Virus record (IMG/VR): IMGVR_UViG_2595698914_000001
Location: 32,001-96,000 of that record
DNA: 64,000 nucleotides
Strand: one strand, 5' to 3'
Origin: a virus
Taxonomy: Duplodnaviria > Caudoviricetes
This document shows, one piece after another, positions 29,136-38,947 of this stretch. Made by a program: the position numbers and the translations under genes. The notes below the pieces were generated by a model, which saw nothing but the letters and a program-made list of their open reading frames with translations, did no database searches and had not been told where the DNA came from. Position 1 is the first letter of the stretch, and each line of letters opens with the position of its first letter.

Positions 29136-29444
29136 TTAACCTTTTGGCTTAATTAACTTTTCAACGAGACTTGGTTCTTTAGTTCTACAGTATTGTAAAT
29201 CCGCTTCTGTATTTTTAAGAAGGGCTTTACAGGACTCCAGCTTTAGTTCCATCATCTCGATTGGACGATTAATCTCATGTGTGGTTTTTATTTTTCGTAC
29301 ATTGAGCATTAACTCACTATACTGTAGGAGTCCGAATGCAGCAACCACGATAAGTACCACCGCGATGTTACGCCAGAATGCATTCTTTTCCAAACCATTA
29401 GCCATGAAGAGCTTCAATAGATGCTCAATTAATATTTTTGTCAT
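29136..29444 (-). CDS. Small single-TM protein with coiled-coil C-terminus (i-spanin-like topology)
   Basis: Likely start MTKIL. TM segment IAVVLIVVAAFGLL. Coiled coil with two Cys. Confidence 0.5.
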   Translation of the reverse strand: MTKILIEHLLKLFMANGLEKNAFWRNIAVVLIVVAAFGLLQYSELMLNVRKIKTTHEINRPIEMMELKLESCKALLKNTEADLQYCRTKEPSLVEKLIKPKG

Positions 29445-29469
29445 ACCTAACCTATAGAGGACTCCTGTA

Positions 29470-30774
29470 ATGATTATTACAACGAGCGGATTTGTAAAGC
29501 GTTTAGATTTTAGTGAGAAGTTTTGTAACTTCAATGGATACCATCATACATTTGGTAAAAATTCTGTAACTTATAATGCAGATACATCTGTTTATGATGA
29601 TTTTGAAATAGTAGCCTTACATCGTAAAAATGATGAAGGTACTACTGTAACTGCTCCTATAGACGCTAGTCGTCTAGCCGACTTATTTAATATATTCAAT
29701 TGGTTATTAACTGAAAGCGACGGTGGTATTTTAACCGTGAATGAAACTACAGTCAATAACGAATTGGCTAGTCGTTTTGGTTCAGCAGATAGAGTATTAG
29801 ATGTCGATACTATGGTATCTGATGCTAGCGGTAAAATATTACCTAATAAGTTAACTATAACTTATACAGTAGACGATGATATCTATAACTTTGAGTTTTG
29901 GTTTAATTCATTAACTATAGAATCAGAATACACACAATCAGATATTGTTGTATTTGGTCCAACTGATAGCGTTGACGATTTAGTTAATGATAAGTCTACC
30001 GTACTGTTACTAATGAATCAACGTGACATTGATGATTACAATACTCAGATTAATGAAGCAAGTAGAACTAACCCATACACAGGCGTAGTCAGTATGGAAA
30101 CTCAATGGGTTAACCAAGATAATCCTACTGAGACACTACAAGTACGTTTCTCATTCATCTGTTACGGTCCAGTAACCGATAGTACTAGTTTATTACGAAT
30201 TGCATTACGTCAGTTTGTAGAGGACAATACGCAGTATGCTGATGTGGTATGGGAAACTGTTCTACCTGAAATATTTACAGCAACAACATTCTTGATGATT
30301 CCTAATTGGGATAGTGTTAGTAATGGTTCCGGTAATAGTTCAATCTATAATCCTGTTATTCGTACTAAAGTAGCATTCGATATATTCATAAATAACATTA
30401 GTGGATATGGTCAAGAGCATGTGGATGAGAACTTTGAAGTTCTACCTACCCTATGGCAATCTCTATCTATTGGTGTATGTGGAGCACCCAAGAATAAAGA
30501 CGAATATAAAACCATCAGCGTTAACTTAGATGACTACATGTTAGTTTCTGCTGGTTCAACAGACTTCATTCGTCTTAAAGCGAGTACACAGGACTTTATT
30601 CTTAAATTGAATAACGCTCTACCGTATATTCAAGAATACGTTTCAGGAGACCCTCTACCGGGCACACTAGAGCTTGAAGTAATTGACGGTTTTAACTTCC
30701 TAACATTTACAAGTTACAATGTTAAGTGTAAGATTATGACTAAGAACGATTACCTTAATCTCATAGGAGGTTAA
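29470..30774 (+). CDS. Virion structural protein (phiKZ gp157-like)
   Basis: 434 aa; FEFWFN...FICYGP...WETVLPEIF.AT.F.MIPNWD pattern. Synteny near the gp153/gp152-like genes. Confidence 0.65.
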   Translation: MIITTSGFVKRLDFSEKFCNFNGYHHTFGKNSVTYNADTSVYDDFEIVALHRKNDEGTTVTAPIDASRLADLFNIFNWLLTESDGGILTVNETTVNNELASRFGSADRVLDVDTMVSDASGKILPNKLTITYTVDDDIYNFEFWFNSLTIESEYTQSDIVVFGPTDSVDDLVNDKSTVLLLMNQRDIDDYNTQINEASRTNPYTGVVSMETQWVNQDNPTETLQVRFSFICYGPVTDSTSLLRIALRQFVEDNTQYADVVWETVLPEIFTATTFLMIPNWDSVSNGSGNSSIYNPVIRTKVAFDIFINNISGYGQEHVDENFEVLPTLWQSLSIGVCGAPKNKDEYKTISVNLDDYMLVSAGSTDFIRLKASTQDFILKLNNALPYIQEYVSGDPLPGTLELEVIDGFNFLTFTSYNVKCKIMTKNDYLNLIGG

Positions 30775-30775
30775 T

Positions 30776-31378
30776 ATGTTAATTGGTAAGGTAGGTAGAT
30801 TCGTACTTTTACCACCATTTACATTCTATAGTACCACCGGTCTAACTGGTGAAATAGTTGGTGTGAACTACATTCAACATTTAGTTAGTAAAGGAACTAA
30901 TGTAAAGTCTTTAGTTTATTCACCTGTAAGTGGTGATTCGTTATATACTAGTGATTTAGCTAGTAATGTAATCATCGTTACTATTAAGGATGCTTCTGGT
31001 AAGAAGTACAATATACCAGATAAGTATATAGAAAACCTATACGACGATTCCTTAAATTACATTGATGCTTATGTAACCGTTAAGATTGGCTCATTACCTC
31101 GTAATTACGATTACAGTTATATTAAAAATCAATTAGCTACAGAAGTAACTAAGCTGTCTGGTGTAACTGTAACAAGTAACGATGTTTATGTTTCTGCTCA
31201 AGGTTCCGGTCAGATACTAAGTAACGATGAAGCGTCTCTTTTAGATATAGCTAGAAACGCTAACATTGCTAATTTAAATACAGACTACGGTAAGTATTTA
31301 GATGCGGCTAAGGAGAATACAGTTTTAAAATCTAAATTAGATTCTCTTGAGAAAGGTATGTTTGATTTAATTGGTTAA
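30776..31378 (+). CDS. Conserved chimallivirus protein, probably virion-associated
   Basis: G.F.LLPPF, Y.IPDKYI and KIGSLP motifs. Coupled to the upstream gene. Confidence 0.6.
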   Translation: MLIGKVGRFVLLPPFTFYSTTGLTGEIVGVNYIQHLVSKGTNVKSLVYSPVSGDSLYTSDLASNVIIVTIKDASGKKYNIPDKYIENLYDDSLNYIDAYVTVKIGSLPRNYDYSYIKNQLATEVTKLSGVTVTSNDVYVSAQGSGQILSNDEASLLDIARNANIANLNTDYGKYLDAAKENTVLKSKLDSLEKGMFDLIG

Positions 31379-31381
31379 AGT

Positions 31382-31411
31382 TAATAGGAGAGGCGTTAGC
31401 CTCTCCTATTA
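31382..31411. terminator. Bidirectional terminator
   Basis: taataggagaggc-gtta-gcctctcctatta between convergent genes. Confidence 0.8.
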
Positions 31412-31417
31412 TTATGA

Positions 31418-31849
31418 CTAAGTATTTATATACTCTTTAAAGATACTATTAGGTAGCCACCATTCACGATGATTAGGGCGACCTTTATCGGTAACAATGT
31501 ACCAGCCTTCTTCCGTGAAGTCATCTCCGAAGTCTGGAGAAGGTTCTTCTCTAAACTTAAAGTAGTCTCGATGTGTCATTGGCGTAGCTAGAACATTAAC
31601 ATCCTGCATTCTAAACGGTTTTAAATCTGAATGATTGTTTGAGAACTCACATGCAGATTCCTGTAGAGTTTTAGCTTGTTCTAGTAACGCTATAATATCT
31701 TTATTAGAACTATTAAAGTTCTTAGATACAACATCTTCTAAATGTGATACCTTTAGACTTTTACTTTTTAAGTCTTCAATAACAAGCGCCAGTAAGTCTT
31801 CTAAAAACAAACCAGACGTATTCTCTGCTGAATATAATACCTTAGTCAT
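31418..31849 (-). CDS. Small two-domain hypothetical protein
   Basis: Helical N-terminal domain, then C-terminal A.PMT..DY...R...EGW.....P.H..WW.P...F..Y. Confidence 0.65.
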   Translation of the reverse strand: MTKVLYSAENTSGLFLEDLLALVIEDLKSKSLKVSHLEDVVSKNFNSSNKDIIALLEQAKTLQESACEFSNNHSDLKPFRMQDVNVLATPMTHRDYFKFREEPSPDFGDDFTEEGWYIVTDKGRPNHREWWLPNSIFKEYINT

Positions 31850-31870
31850 AAACTAACCCCTTTCTTATAA

Positions 31871-32707
31871 TTATCTAACTAAATCATTTAGTTTTTCCGC
31901 ACTATCTTTATGTGCATTTACTACACTTAACAATTTAGTTAAGTATAAACTATATACCGCAACCCAATCTGCTAGGTTGTAAATTAAACTACCAATCTTC
32001 TTAGCAGTCTGCTTAGATACTTCAACGTTACCATCGTCAATCTGAGTAGTAATGTAGTCAAGTGTTTCATAGAAGTCATTTACAGACTTACGTATTTCGC
32101 TTAACTTAATATTAGAGAACTTCTTAGTTAACTTCTCTAAGTACTCAGTTACATTATTAAAGTCACCGTAACTACGGTATACATCTAACATTACCGCACG
32201 GTCATTACCTTCTTGACCTACAAAGAAGTCATGGAACTGACTAGGTATTTCTTTAAGCGTCTGTAACTCAGGAATAGACTTCGCATCTACTTTCATTAAA
32301 TCATCAGGCTTAGAAGCATACTGAGAGAAGATACCGTTCGCTGTATTAAGTACAGAACCAGTTCTAAACATATCATCTTGATGAGCAAATAAAAACTCAA
32401 CGAAATCATTCATCTTACCAGTAAAACCTACAGGTACATAAATGATATTACTAGAGGTTGTTGTAAATGGAGATTTTAATACTTTAGAGTCTAAAGCGTA
32501 TACACTCTTACCAGTATACTCAATAGCTACTTCTGAACGACTTAACAGCTTATCTACTAATGCAGATGACTTATCGCTCATACGCTTAAGTTGTCTTAGG
32601 AATGATTTAGGATTGATTGCTTCAATACCCACTTCGCCTTGATAACAGAAACTATTAAGTATTTCCTGTTCGTGTTTTAATTCGTGTAGTTGTTTGGCTA
32701 ACGACAT
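31871..32707 (-). CDS. Internal head protein (phiKZ gp153-like)
   Basis: VGIE|A matches the S/A/G-x-E prohead-protease site. IYVPVGF.G motif. Divergent from the UvsX gene. Confidence 0.6.
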   Translation of the reverse strand: MSLAKQLHELKHEQEILNSFCYQGEVGIEAINPKSFLRQLKRMSDKSSALVDKLLSRSEVAIEYTGKSVYALDSKVLKSPFTTTSSNIIYVPVGFTGKMNDFVEFLFAHQDDMFRTGSVLNTANGIFSQYASKPDDLMKVDAKSIPELQTLKEIPSQFHDFFVGQEGNDRAVMLDVYRSYGDFNNVTEYLEKLTKKFSNIKLSEIRKSVNDFYETLDYITTQIDDGNVEVSKQTAKKIGSLIYNLADWVAVYSLYLTKLLSVVNAHKDSAEKLNDLVR

Positions 32708-32773
32708 AATAGATCCTATTAGGTTGAATGTAATTTAACATATGATTTTGCTAAAACAAACTGTGTAATATAA

Positions 32774-32784
32774 ATGTAGAGCAA
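32774..32784 (+). promoter_or_regulatory. Shared upstream motif ATGTAGAGCAA, copy 2
   Basis: Identical to 5201-5211. Confidence 0.4.
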
Positions 32785-32813
32785 ATAATTAAACATTCAA
32801 AAGGTAATTAGTA

Positions 32814-34271
32814 ATGGGATTTAATTCAAAAAACAAACAACATCGTTCATTAGATGTAACGTGTGCATTTAATGTTTTACCTTTAATAGACCACCTTACA
32901 GGTCAGTGGGTTGTTGGTGAGGATGAAGAGAATATCTTAGTAGGTGGTTTCGTACATCATACAGGTATCATAGCACCAGCTAACGCAGGTAAGTCAGCAT
33001 TAGGCTTACACATGTTCTGTGCCGTAGGTAATCGTTATCAGAATACCACAGGTCATATATACGAAACAGAAGGTACAATGCCCGCTGGTCGTGTTACAGA
33101 AGCCAGTGCTAGATTACATGACGGCGAACCGTTCGATATTAAACAAATGGTTCATGACGAAGAACCACGTTTTTCAATGATTGATGGTACATCTCTTAAG
33201 CTAGATGCTTGGGCAGATACCATGGCAGAAGAACGTGATGTTAGAAACAAACAACGCGGTGTTAAGAAACATGAAGTAACATTACCGTTCAAGTTAAACG
33301 AAGTTCGTGGTAATAAAGTAGTTAAGCCGATGATTGTATTTATTGACTCAGCTACAGAAGCAGAAGCAACCTCGGTAACTAAGTTACAAGAAGAAGGCAC
33401 AGATGCTACTAAAGGTCAAACATCATTTATGCGTGATGGTTGGGTGAAGACCAAAGTTTATGGTCGTTCTATGGTCAGTATGGCTACACAAGGCGATATC
33501 TTTGTTATCTCTACTGGTTCTATAGATTCGTTTGTAGATATGGGTGGTATGCCGGGTAAAGCTCCTGAGAAGACAATGGGACACATGGCGGGTTCTAAAC
33601 GAATGAAAGGGTTAGGTACTTCTTATAAGAAGTTAACATCTAACATCTGGCAATTCGGTCAACCTAAACCATTATTTAAAGGTACAGCTAGTAAAGATAA
33701 ACTACCAATGTTCCCGCTTAATAAAGATGATGAGTATCTAGACAACAAAGATTTAGAGTTTGTTAGTATTCAGAACTTACGTGGTAAAGCTGGTGGCTCT
33801 GGTGCAGTATTTGAATTAGTACGTTCACAACGTGATGGTATATTACCGGGTGTTACCGAATTCTTATTCCTTAAAACATGGGGTAAGGTACATAAAGAAT
33901 ACGGCTACCATTCTCCTGCTCAGTATCAGTTTGCTTTAGACTTACTACCAGAAGTAACTTTCCGTAATACTACATTACGTGAAACAATTAATAATAATCC
34001 ATTATTCCGTCGTGCGTTAGAATTAACATTCGGAATGAAAATGGAATTCATTGCTAAGCAATCAGTTGAATGTACTAAGTATCGCTGTACTCCCAAAGAG
34101 TTGTATGATGATATTAAGAGTATGGGTTTCGATTGGAACATTCTACTTAACACTCGTGGTTTTTGGCAATTCAAAGAAGAAGAAGACCCTAGCTTACCAT
34201 ACTTATCAATCTTGGATTTACTTAAAATGCGAGTCGGTGAGTATACTCCTAAATGGTACTCGAAAGGGTAA
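32814..34271 (+). CDS. UvsX/RecA-like recombinase (phiKZ gp152-like)
   Basis: Walker A APANAGKS, YETEG, Walker B IVFIDS and LRGKAGGSG. Confidence 0.85.
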   Translation: MGFNSKNKQHRSLDVTCAFNVLPLIDHLTGQWVVGEDEENILVGGFVHHTGIIAPANAGKSALGLHMFCAVGNRYQNTTGHIYETEGTMPAGRVTEASARLHDGEPFDIKQMVHDEEPRFSMIDGTSLKLDAWADTMAEERDVRNKQRGVKKHEVTLPFKLNEVRGNKVVKPMIVFIDSATEAEATSVTKLQEEGTDATKGQTSFMRDGWVKTKVYGRSMVSMATQGDIFVISTGSIDSFVDMGGMPGKAPEKTMGHMAGSKRMKGLGTSYKKLTSNIWQFGQPKPLFKGTASKDKLPMFPLNKDDEYLDNKDLEFVSIQNLRGKAGGSGAVFELVRSQRDGILPGVTEFLFLKTWGKVHKEYGYHSPAQYQFALDLLPEVTFRNTTLRETINNNPLFRRALELTFGMKMEFIAKQSVECTKYRCTPKELYDDIKSMGFDWNILLNTRGFWQFKEEEDPSLPYLSILDLLKMRVGEYTPKWYSKG

Positions 34272-34291
34272 TTTTATCAAAGGTTTTTAAT

Positions 34292-34570
34292 ATGGATAGT
34301 ATTAGTACAGCAATTGTTAATGCTCTTCAAGAAGGTGGCGTGGATGCAGTTAGCATCCAACGTTACGTTGAAGATGTAAAGTGTTACCCAGATAATCTAG
34401 AGATGATTAGTCTCTACTGGGTGAGTAAGATAACTAATCTTACAGTAAACATTAGACCGCATGTAGACATGTGTTTATTCCTAAGAGACACTGTCTCAGA
34501 AGTTCTATGGATTAATTATTTCCGTGATAAAGTTGTACCTTTTGTTGTACAACATCGACTTTTAGGATAG
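34292..34570 (+). CDS. Hypothetical protein
   Basis: Likely start MDSIS. Lies in an operon between UvsX and the RNAP subunit. Confidence 0.65.
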   Translation: MDSISTAIVNALQEGGVDAVSIQRYVEDVKCYPDNLEMISLYWVSKITNLTVNIRPHVDMCLFLRDTVSEVLWINYFRDKVVPFVVQHRLLG

Positions 34571-34579
34571 GAGTAATAT

Positions 34580-35251
34580 ATGGGTAACGTTAAAGGGTTC
34601 ATTGATTACATTGTCAATACATTAGCTAAGCTAGAACCTAACAATAAGACACCGGGTATTTTACGTAAGAAACTGGAGTCTATGTCTAAAGCGGATATAC
34701 ATCAACTATATGAAGATTTAAAGGCAGAACGTAAGTACTTACCTTTTTATATTCCTAATGATGTAAATCATAAAATAGATATTAAGCGCTGGATTAAGTT
34801 GTCAAAAGAAATAGGTGCAGAAACATTTGTTGAGCTTATTCAAGAAGATGACGTTACTGGTGATGTTACTCAGACGGAAATTAAATACTGGGTAGCCATG
34901 TTCCCTGGTCGTAGACACTTACATTACCTAGATGCTAAACGTAGTATAGCCAAAGATAATAAGACCCGTGATACATTAACAGGTCAAGTTACAGGCGATT
35001 CTAAGGGTAGTAGTTTTAGTAAACCTCAGTTAATGGGTTTATTAAGTCGTGGGTGTACTATGAACGCTATGGAACTTATGAAGTATCGTGGTGGTGATAT
35101 ATCGGGTGGTCGCGAATTAAATAGACAGCTAACTAGTAATGGTGGTGTTAGTCTTAAGAGTTTACTACAAACTAAAACGACTCCTACTGTTACTAAGACA
35201 ACAGCAAGTTATCTTACAGCAATGCACTTATCACATAATCTAGATGAGTAA
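34580..35251 (+). CDS. Virion RNA polymerase beta subunit, C-terminal fragment (phiKZ gp149-like)
   Basis: RHLHYLDAKRS...DTLTGQVTGDSKGSSFSKPQ...ELMKYRGGD parallels the C-terminus of RNAP beta. Confidence 0.8.
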   Translation: MGNVKGFIDYIVNTLAKLEPNNKTPGILRKKLESMSKADIHQLYEDLKAERKYLPFYIPNDVNHKIDIKRWIKLSKEIGAETFVELIQEDDVTGDVTQTEIKYWVAMFPGRRHLHYLDAKRSIAKDNKTRDTLTGQVTGDSKGSSFSKPQLMGLLSRGCTMNAMELMKYRGGDISGGRELNRQLTSNGGVSLKSLLQTKTTPTVTKTTASYLTAMHLSHNLDE

Positions 35252-35272
35252 TGGTAAATTGGAAACCCCATT

Positions 35273-35989
35273 ATGAAAGAAATAAGAATACTACTAGATA
35301 TTGAAACCGTATTAGATGTTAGGTACGGTAAACTAATTCAACATAACCCTAAGTTAATTCCTGAGATACTGTTTAAATTCAATCAGTATTGCTCTCGTGA
35401 CCACGATGACTTCTGGTTAATGTTCCCCGAAGTAGATAAAGATACCTTCATTGTCGCTGAGACAACCGTAGAGACATTAAAGCTATCTAAACGTACGAAT
35501 GTCTTCAATGTAATAGATGACTCCTTACGTAGCATGTCAGGCTCTCTAACGGAAGACATTAAAGTTAACATTATCCTTAATACGGGTAAGTATGAATTAA
35601 GTGATGAAGCTACAGAAGCAATGTTAGTTCTAATTTCAGCCCGCTATGAACATAATTATAAAGTTACAGATGTTAGTATACTTAATAAAGACTTAACTCC
35701 AGAAGTTATTTCTGGTTTAGCTGACTTAGTTATAATGTATGATTTTAATGGTTGGTCTGAATCACACATTAGTACAGTTCAAGAAGTTGATTTAAGTATG
35801 GTTACTTTTTACATACCAACTTTATTCCGTGATAAGAAAGAAGCTGAACGTGGATTCTATGAGAGTATAAAGAACTTACCTATTGAAGGTGAACCTCTCG
35901 AAGTGTTATCTGATTTCATATGGGAGACTTATCGTTTGAATATATACTTCATTAGTAATAAGTTTTTCTCACCTATCAGCTTAGCCTAA
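35273..35989 (+). CDS. Conserved chimallivirus hypothetical protein
   Basis: ILLDIETVLDVRYG and IMYDFNGW motifs. Downstream of the gp149-like gene. Confidence 0.65.
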   Translation: MKEIRILLDIETVLDVRYGKLIQHNPKLIPEILFKFNQYCSRDHDDFWLMFPEVDKDTFIVAETTVETLKLSKRTNVFNVIDDSLRSMSGSLTEDIKVNIILNTGKYELSDEATEAMLVLISARYEHNYKVTDVSILNKDLTPEVISGLADLVIMYDFNGWSESHISTVQEVDLSMVTFYIPTLFRDKKEAERGFYESIKNLPIEGEPLEVLSDFIWETYRLNIYFISNKFFSPISLA

Positions 35990-35994
35990 TATAT

Positions 35995-36019
35995 TACATC
36001 TATATATTATAGAGGTGTA
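35995..36019 (+). promoter_or_regulatory. Putative early promoter, CTATATATTATAG motif
   Basis: tacatctatatattatagaggtgta, matching the 25640 and 56763 copies. Confidence 0.7.
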
Positions 36020-36045
36020 CGTGAGCGAATAAAAAAGGTACGCAC

Positions 36046-36519
36046 ATGTTAGATACAATATCTAACTGGTATAATCTCTGGAAGTTTAAGAAATTAAGTA
36101 AACGCCTTCTAAACGAGGATACTAACTTTAATTTCTACAGCGATATCTTATTGTGGTTCGATGAGTCAACTAAGTACATATCGTTAGACAAATTATACCG
36201 GAAGAGATTAGTGGTTGAATTTGAGAATATTATAGAGTTGGGTAAAGCTTTAGATATTCTGTATTTTAATATCTCAAATGGATTTACTTCTGAATTAAAG
36301 AGTCAAGAGAAGAAGTTACTTCTTGATGATTGGTTAATTGATGATGAATCTGTTAGAGTTAATATAGGAGAGTTTGTTGAAAAATATAGAAATACCTTTA
36401 TGGGTATCTCTAAAAAGCTAGAAGATTTAGATGATGCTGATAAGCAATATTATCTATTAAACTTTTATGCTATAATCGTTACCCTACGTTCTTACGTAGA
36501 GGTTTGTCATAGGCGTTAA
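36046..36519 (+). CDS. Hypothetical protein
   Basis: 157-aa ORF after the promoter motif. Confidence 0.7.
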   Translation: MLDTISNWYNLWKFKKLSKRLLNEDTNFNFYSDILLWFDESTKYISLDKLYRKRLVVEFENIIELGKALDILYFNISNGFTSELKSQEKKLLLDDWLIDDESVRVNIGEFVEKYRNTFMGISKKLEDLDDADKQYYLLNFYAIIVTLRSYVEVCHRR

Positions 36520-36533
36520 TAAGGTCTAATGTT

Positions 36534-37460
36534 ATGGAATTGTCACTCAAGCAAATAGAGGAACAGATAGATGTACCACTTAAAAGTTATTGGCTGTTTG
36601 TATACAGTAAAATACGTAGTGGTGTATGGGAAGAATTATTCAAGACACACCTAGATAAATATTATCCAGAGAGTCCTAACTTCATCGAGTTTAAAGCAGA
36701 TGAATCTATAGAGGTTATTCGTGATAACTTTTATCAGATTAAAGAAGGTTGGGGTGAAGGTATGTATCGCGCTATAGCTAATCGTGAAGTTGCCTTAATA
36801 GACTCTAACTGGAGAATTAGTAAATCAGGTGACTTGATGTTAGATGGTATTGTTTACCTAAAGGAAGTAAGTGCTATACGTAATAGTAAACGTACTAATT
36901 TCCCAAGGACCATCTGGCAAAAAGAAGAACTGAGTTGGCTGAGTTATTACGAAGGTGTATTAATCCTAAGTCAGATATATCAATCAATCACTATTGATTT
37001 TGAATTGGTTTATCAGGATAAGGAAATACACAAGTATTCAATTCCTGTTAAGTGGGAGATATTGGAGAGTCCTGACGGAGTCAATATCAAGCATAAAGGT
37101 CGTGTTAATAAAGAACTAGTTATTAATCCTAAGTTAGATAGAACGTACGAAGGTGGACTAAGTTTTATTATACGGGAGATTATGCGTAAGTCTGATATGA
37201 CTAGAGTAGATTTAGATTCTCTATTAGATAAGTATGCAGAAGACCCAAACAACCTTTATAGTTTCTCCACTAAGTCTAAACCTAATATAAAGAGTTCTAT
37301 ACTAGGTACTATGTTTAAATGGAATATTACGTGGGGTAATTTCACCCGCTCGTTAAAGGTGTTAGGATACAACGAACTAAGTATGAGTATTAATGCTACT
37401 AGAGCTGGACGTGTAAAAACAGAAAGTATAACTTCAACTGTAAGTATGAGGATTAGTTAA
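36534..37460 (+). CDS. Hypothetical protein with an apparent internal domain duplication
   Basis: LSWLSYYEGVLIL...ITIDFEL versus ITWGNFTRSLKVL...LSMSINA. Confidence 0.65.
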   Translation: MELSLKQIEEQIDVPLKSYWLFVYSKIRSGVWEELFKTHLDKYYPESPNFIEFKADESIEVIRDNFYQIKEGWGEGMYRAIANREVALIDSNWRISKSGDLMLDGIVYLKEVSAIRNSKRTNFPRTIWQKEELSWLSYYEGVLILSQIYQSITIDFELVYQDKEIHKYSIPVKWEILESPDGVNIKHKGRVNKELVINPKLDRTYEGGLSFIIREIMRKSDMTRVDLDSLLDKYAEDPNNLYSFSTKSKPNIKSSILGTMFKWNITWGNFTRSLKVLGYNELSMSINATRAGRVKTESITSTVSMRIS

Positions 37461-37461
37461 T

Positions 37462-37731
37462 ATGAACAACTACCAATTAGCTACCCAAATATATCGAAAG
37501 TTGGAAAGCACTACTACCAAGAAGAATCGAAAGGTTAAGGTAGCAGCTATTAAACGTACGTTAGATAAGTTAAGTTTAACAATGGATGAGGGTAACTCTT
37601 ACACAAGAGAAGAATTACCTATATTGCCTAAGTTGATTTTAACTTATAGTAATCTAACTAAATTCACAGATAACGATTTGAGATTAATCGAAGACTTATC
37701 CAAATACCTAAATGGAGAAGTCGGGGTTTAA
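37462..37731 (+). CDS. Small basic hypothetical protein
   Basis: 89-aa ORF coupled to its neighbours. Confidence 0.55.
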   Translation: MNNYQLATQIYRKLESTTTKKNRKVKVAAIKRTLDKLSLTMDEGNSYTREELPILPKLILTYSNLTKFTDNDLRLIEDLSKYLNGEVGV

Positions 37732-37747
37732 AGCCCCGATTTTTTTT

Positions 37748-38491
37748 ATGACTCAGAGTAAAGTAACGCTAAGTGACCCTAAAGAAATACTAGAACAAGT
37801 AGACCCTAATCAGATTAGTACTTTATTAACTAGGGACGAGGGTAATACATTCGTACTAGATAGTATTAATGCTAAGTCTGAAGCCGCAGGTGGGGTATCC
37901 TCTTTACTAGACGGTTTAGATATTGATACGGGCATCGCTGCTAGTATAAGTGAACAGTCAGGTAAGATACTTACCTCGATAGAAGGAATGAAGGAATCTG
38001 GTGCTTTTGCAGATGTAACTGGTGACTTTGATTTCTCAGCCATAGCAGAACAATGTTCTATTGCTAATTCGGAAGACCTAATGGGTACATTAGGTGCTGC
38101 GTTTACAGCATTAGGTGAGACTGGAGACTTACTGTCTTTAGATAAGATGAGAGAGGCTTTAGACTTTGCAGGATTTGACTCTCTTGGGATTATAGCATCA
38201 GTTGCACCTGGTGTAGTAGCAACTACTTTAAGTGTCTTCAATTTAGATGAGTTAATACCTAATTTATCAGAAGACCTACTTGGACCATATGCTAGTACAT
38301 TTAATGATGCGTTAAATAATTTCTCAACTAGCTGGTACTGGTTAGATGAGTCACTTGGTATATATGATTATGAAGTTCTAAGCAGAATAAGTCCGTGGGC
38401 ACTTAACTTCCTAGAACTTAATCCGAATTACACAGAAGTAGTAAAACTAGCAAGAGGTCTATATGGACACAGAAACCAAATTTCAGAATAA
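37748..38491 (+). CDS. Acidic hypothetical protein, possibly a tail component
   Basis: Likely start MTQSK, with TATG overlapping the ATG. Upstream of the tail genes. Confidence 0.6.
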   Translation: MTQSKVTLSDPKEILEQVDPNQISTLLTRDEGNTFVLDSINAKSEAAGGVSSLLDGLDIDTGIAASISEQSGKILTSIEGMKESGAFADVTGDFDFSAIAEQCSIANSEDLMGTLGAAFTALGETGDLLSLDKMREALDFAGFDSLGIIASVAPGVVATTLSVFNLDELIPNLSEDLLGPYASTFNDALNNFSTSWYWLDESLGIYDYEVLSRISPWALNFLELNPNYTEVVKLARGLYGHRNQISE

Positions 38492-38858
38492 TGTAACCAT
38501 AGCTACATGTATAGATGAAGAAATAAAAACCGTTGTAGCCTTATTAAATCATCAGGAAGAATATGATATACCAGATATCTTTTCTAAGTTAGTTGGTATA
38601 TTAATGGAACGTAACATACCTCTAGATGAAACTAAGTCTAGAGATGTTATCATGAAAGATAAGTATTCTACTGTACATACAATCCTTAACTTAGTATATG
38701 ATAGGTTAGATGCTAAGGGTATCTTAGATAAGCCTAAGCCAACCGGTTACGAGTCACCAGTTAAGATTGAAGACAATAGAGGTTTAGAATTACTTAATAA
38801 GTATTTAACGCCTAATCTTTTAAAGGTCTTAAATAATTACTGTTCTATGACTGCTTAA
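38463..38858 (+). CDS. Hypothetical protein
   Basis: 131-aa ORF with GAGG SD, followed by a hairpin. Confidence 0.65.
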   Translation: MDTETKFQNNVTIATCIDEEIKTVVALLNHQEEYDIPDIFSKLVGILMERNIPLDETKSRDVIMKDKYSTVHTILNLVYDRLDAKGILDKPKPTGYESPVKIEDNRGLELLNKYLTPNLLKVLNNYCSMTA

Positions 38859-38864
38859 TTTTTT

Positions 38865-38895
38865 ATACGATGGGGTTAATTCCTCATCGTATTTT
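38865..38895 (+). terminator. Intrinsic terminator
   Basis: atacgatgggg...cctcatcgtat followed by ttt. Confidence 0.65.
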
Positions 38896-38947
38896 ACGAC
38901 TACAAATTCTATAGTATCTAAGAGATTATAAGGTAAGGAGTTTAATT

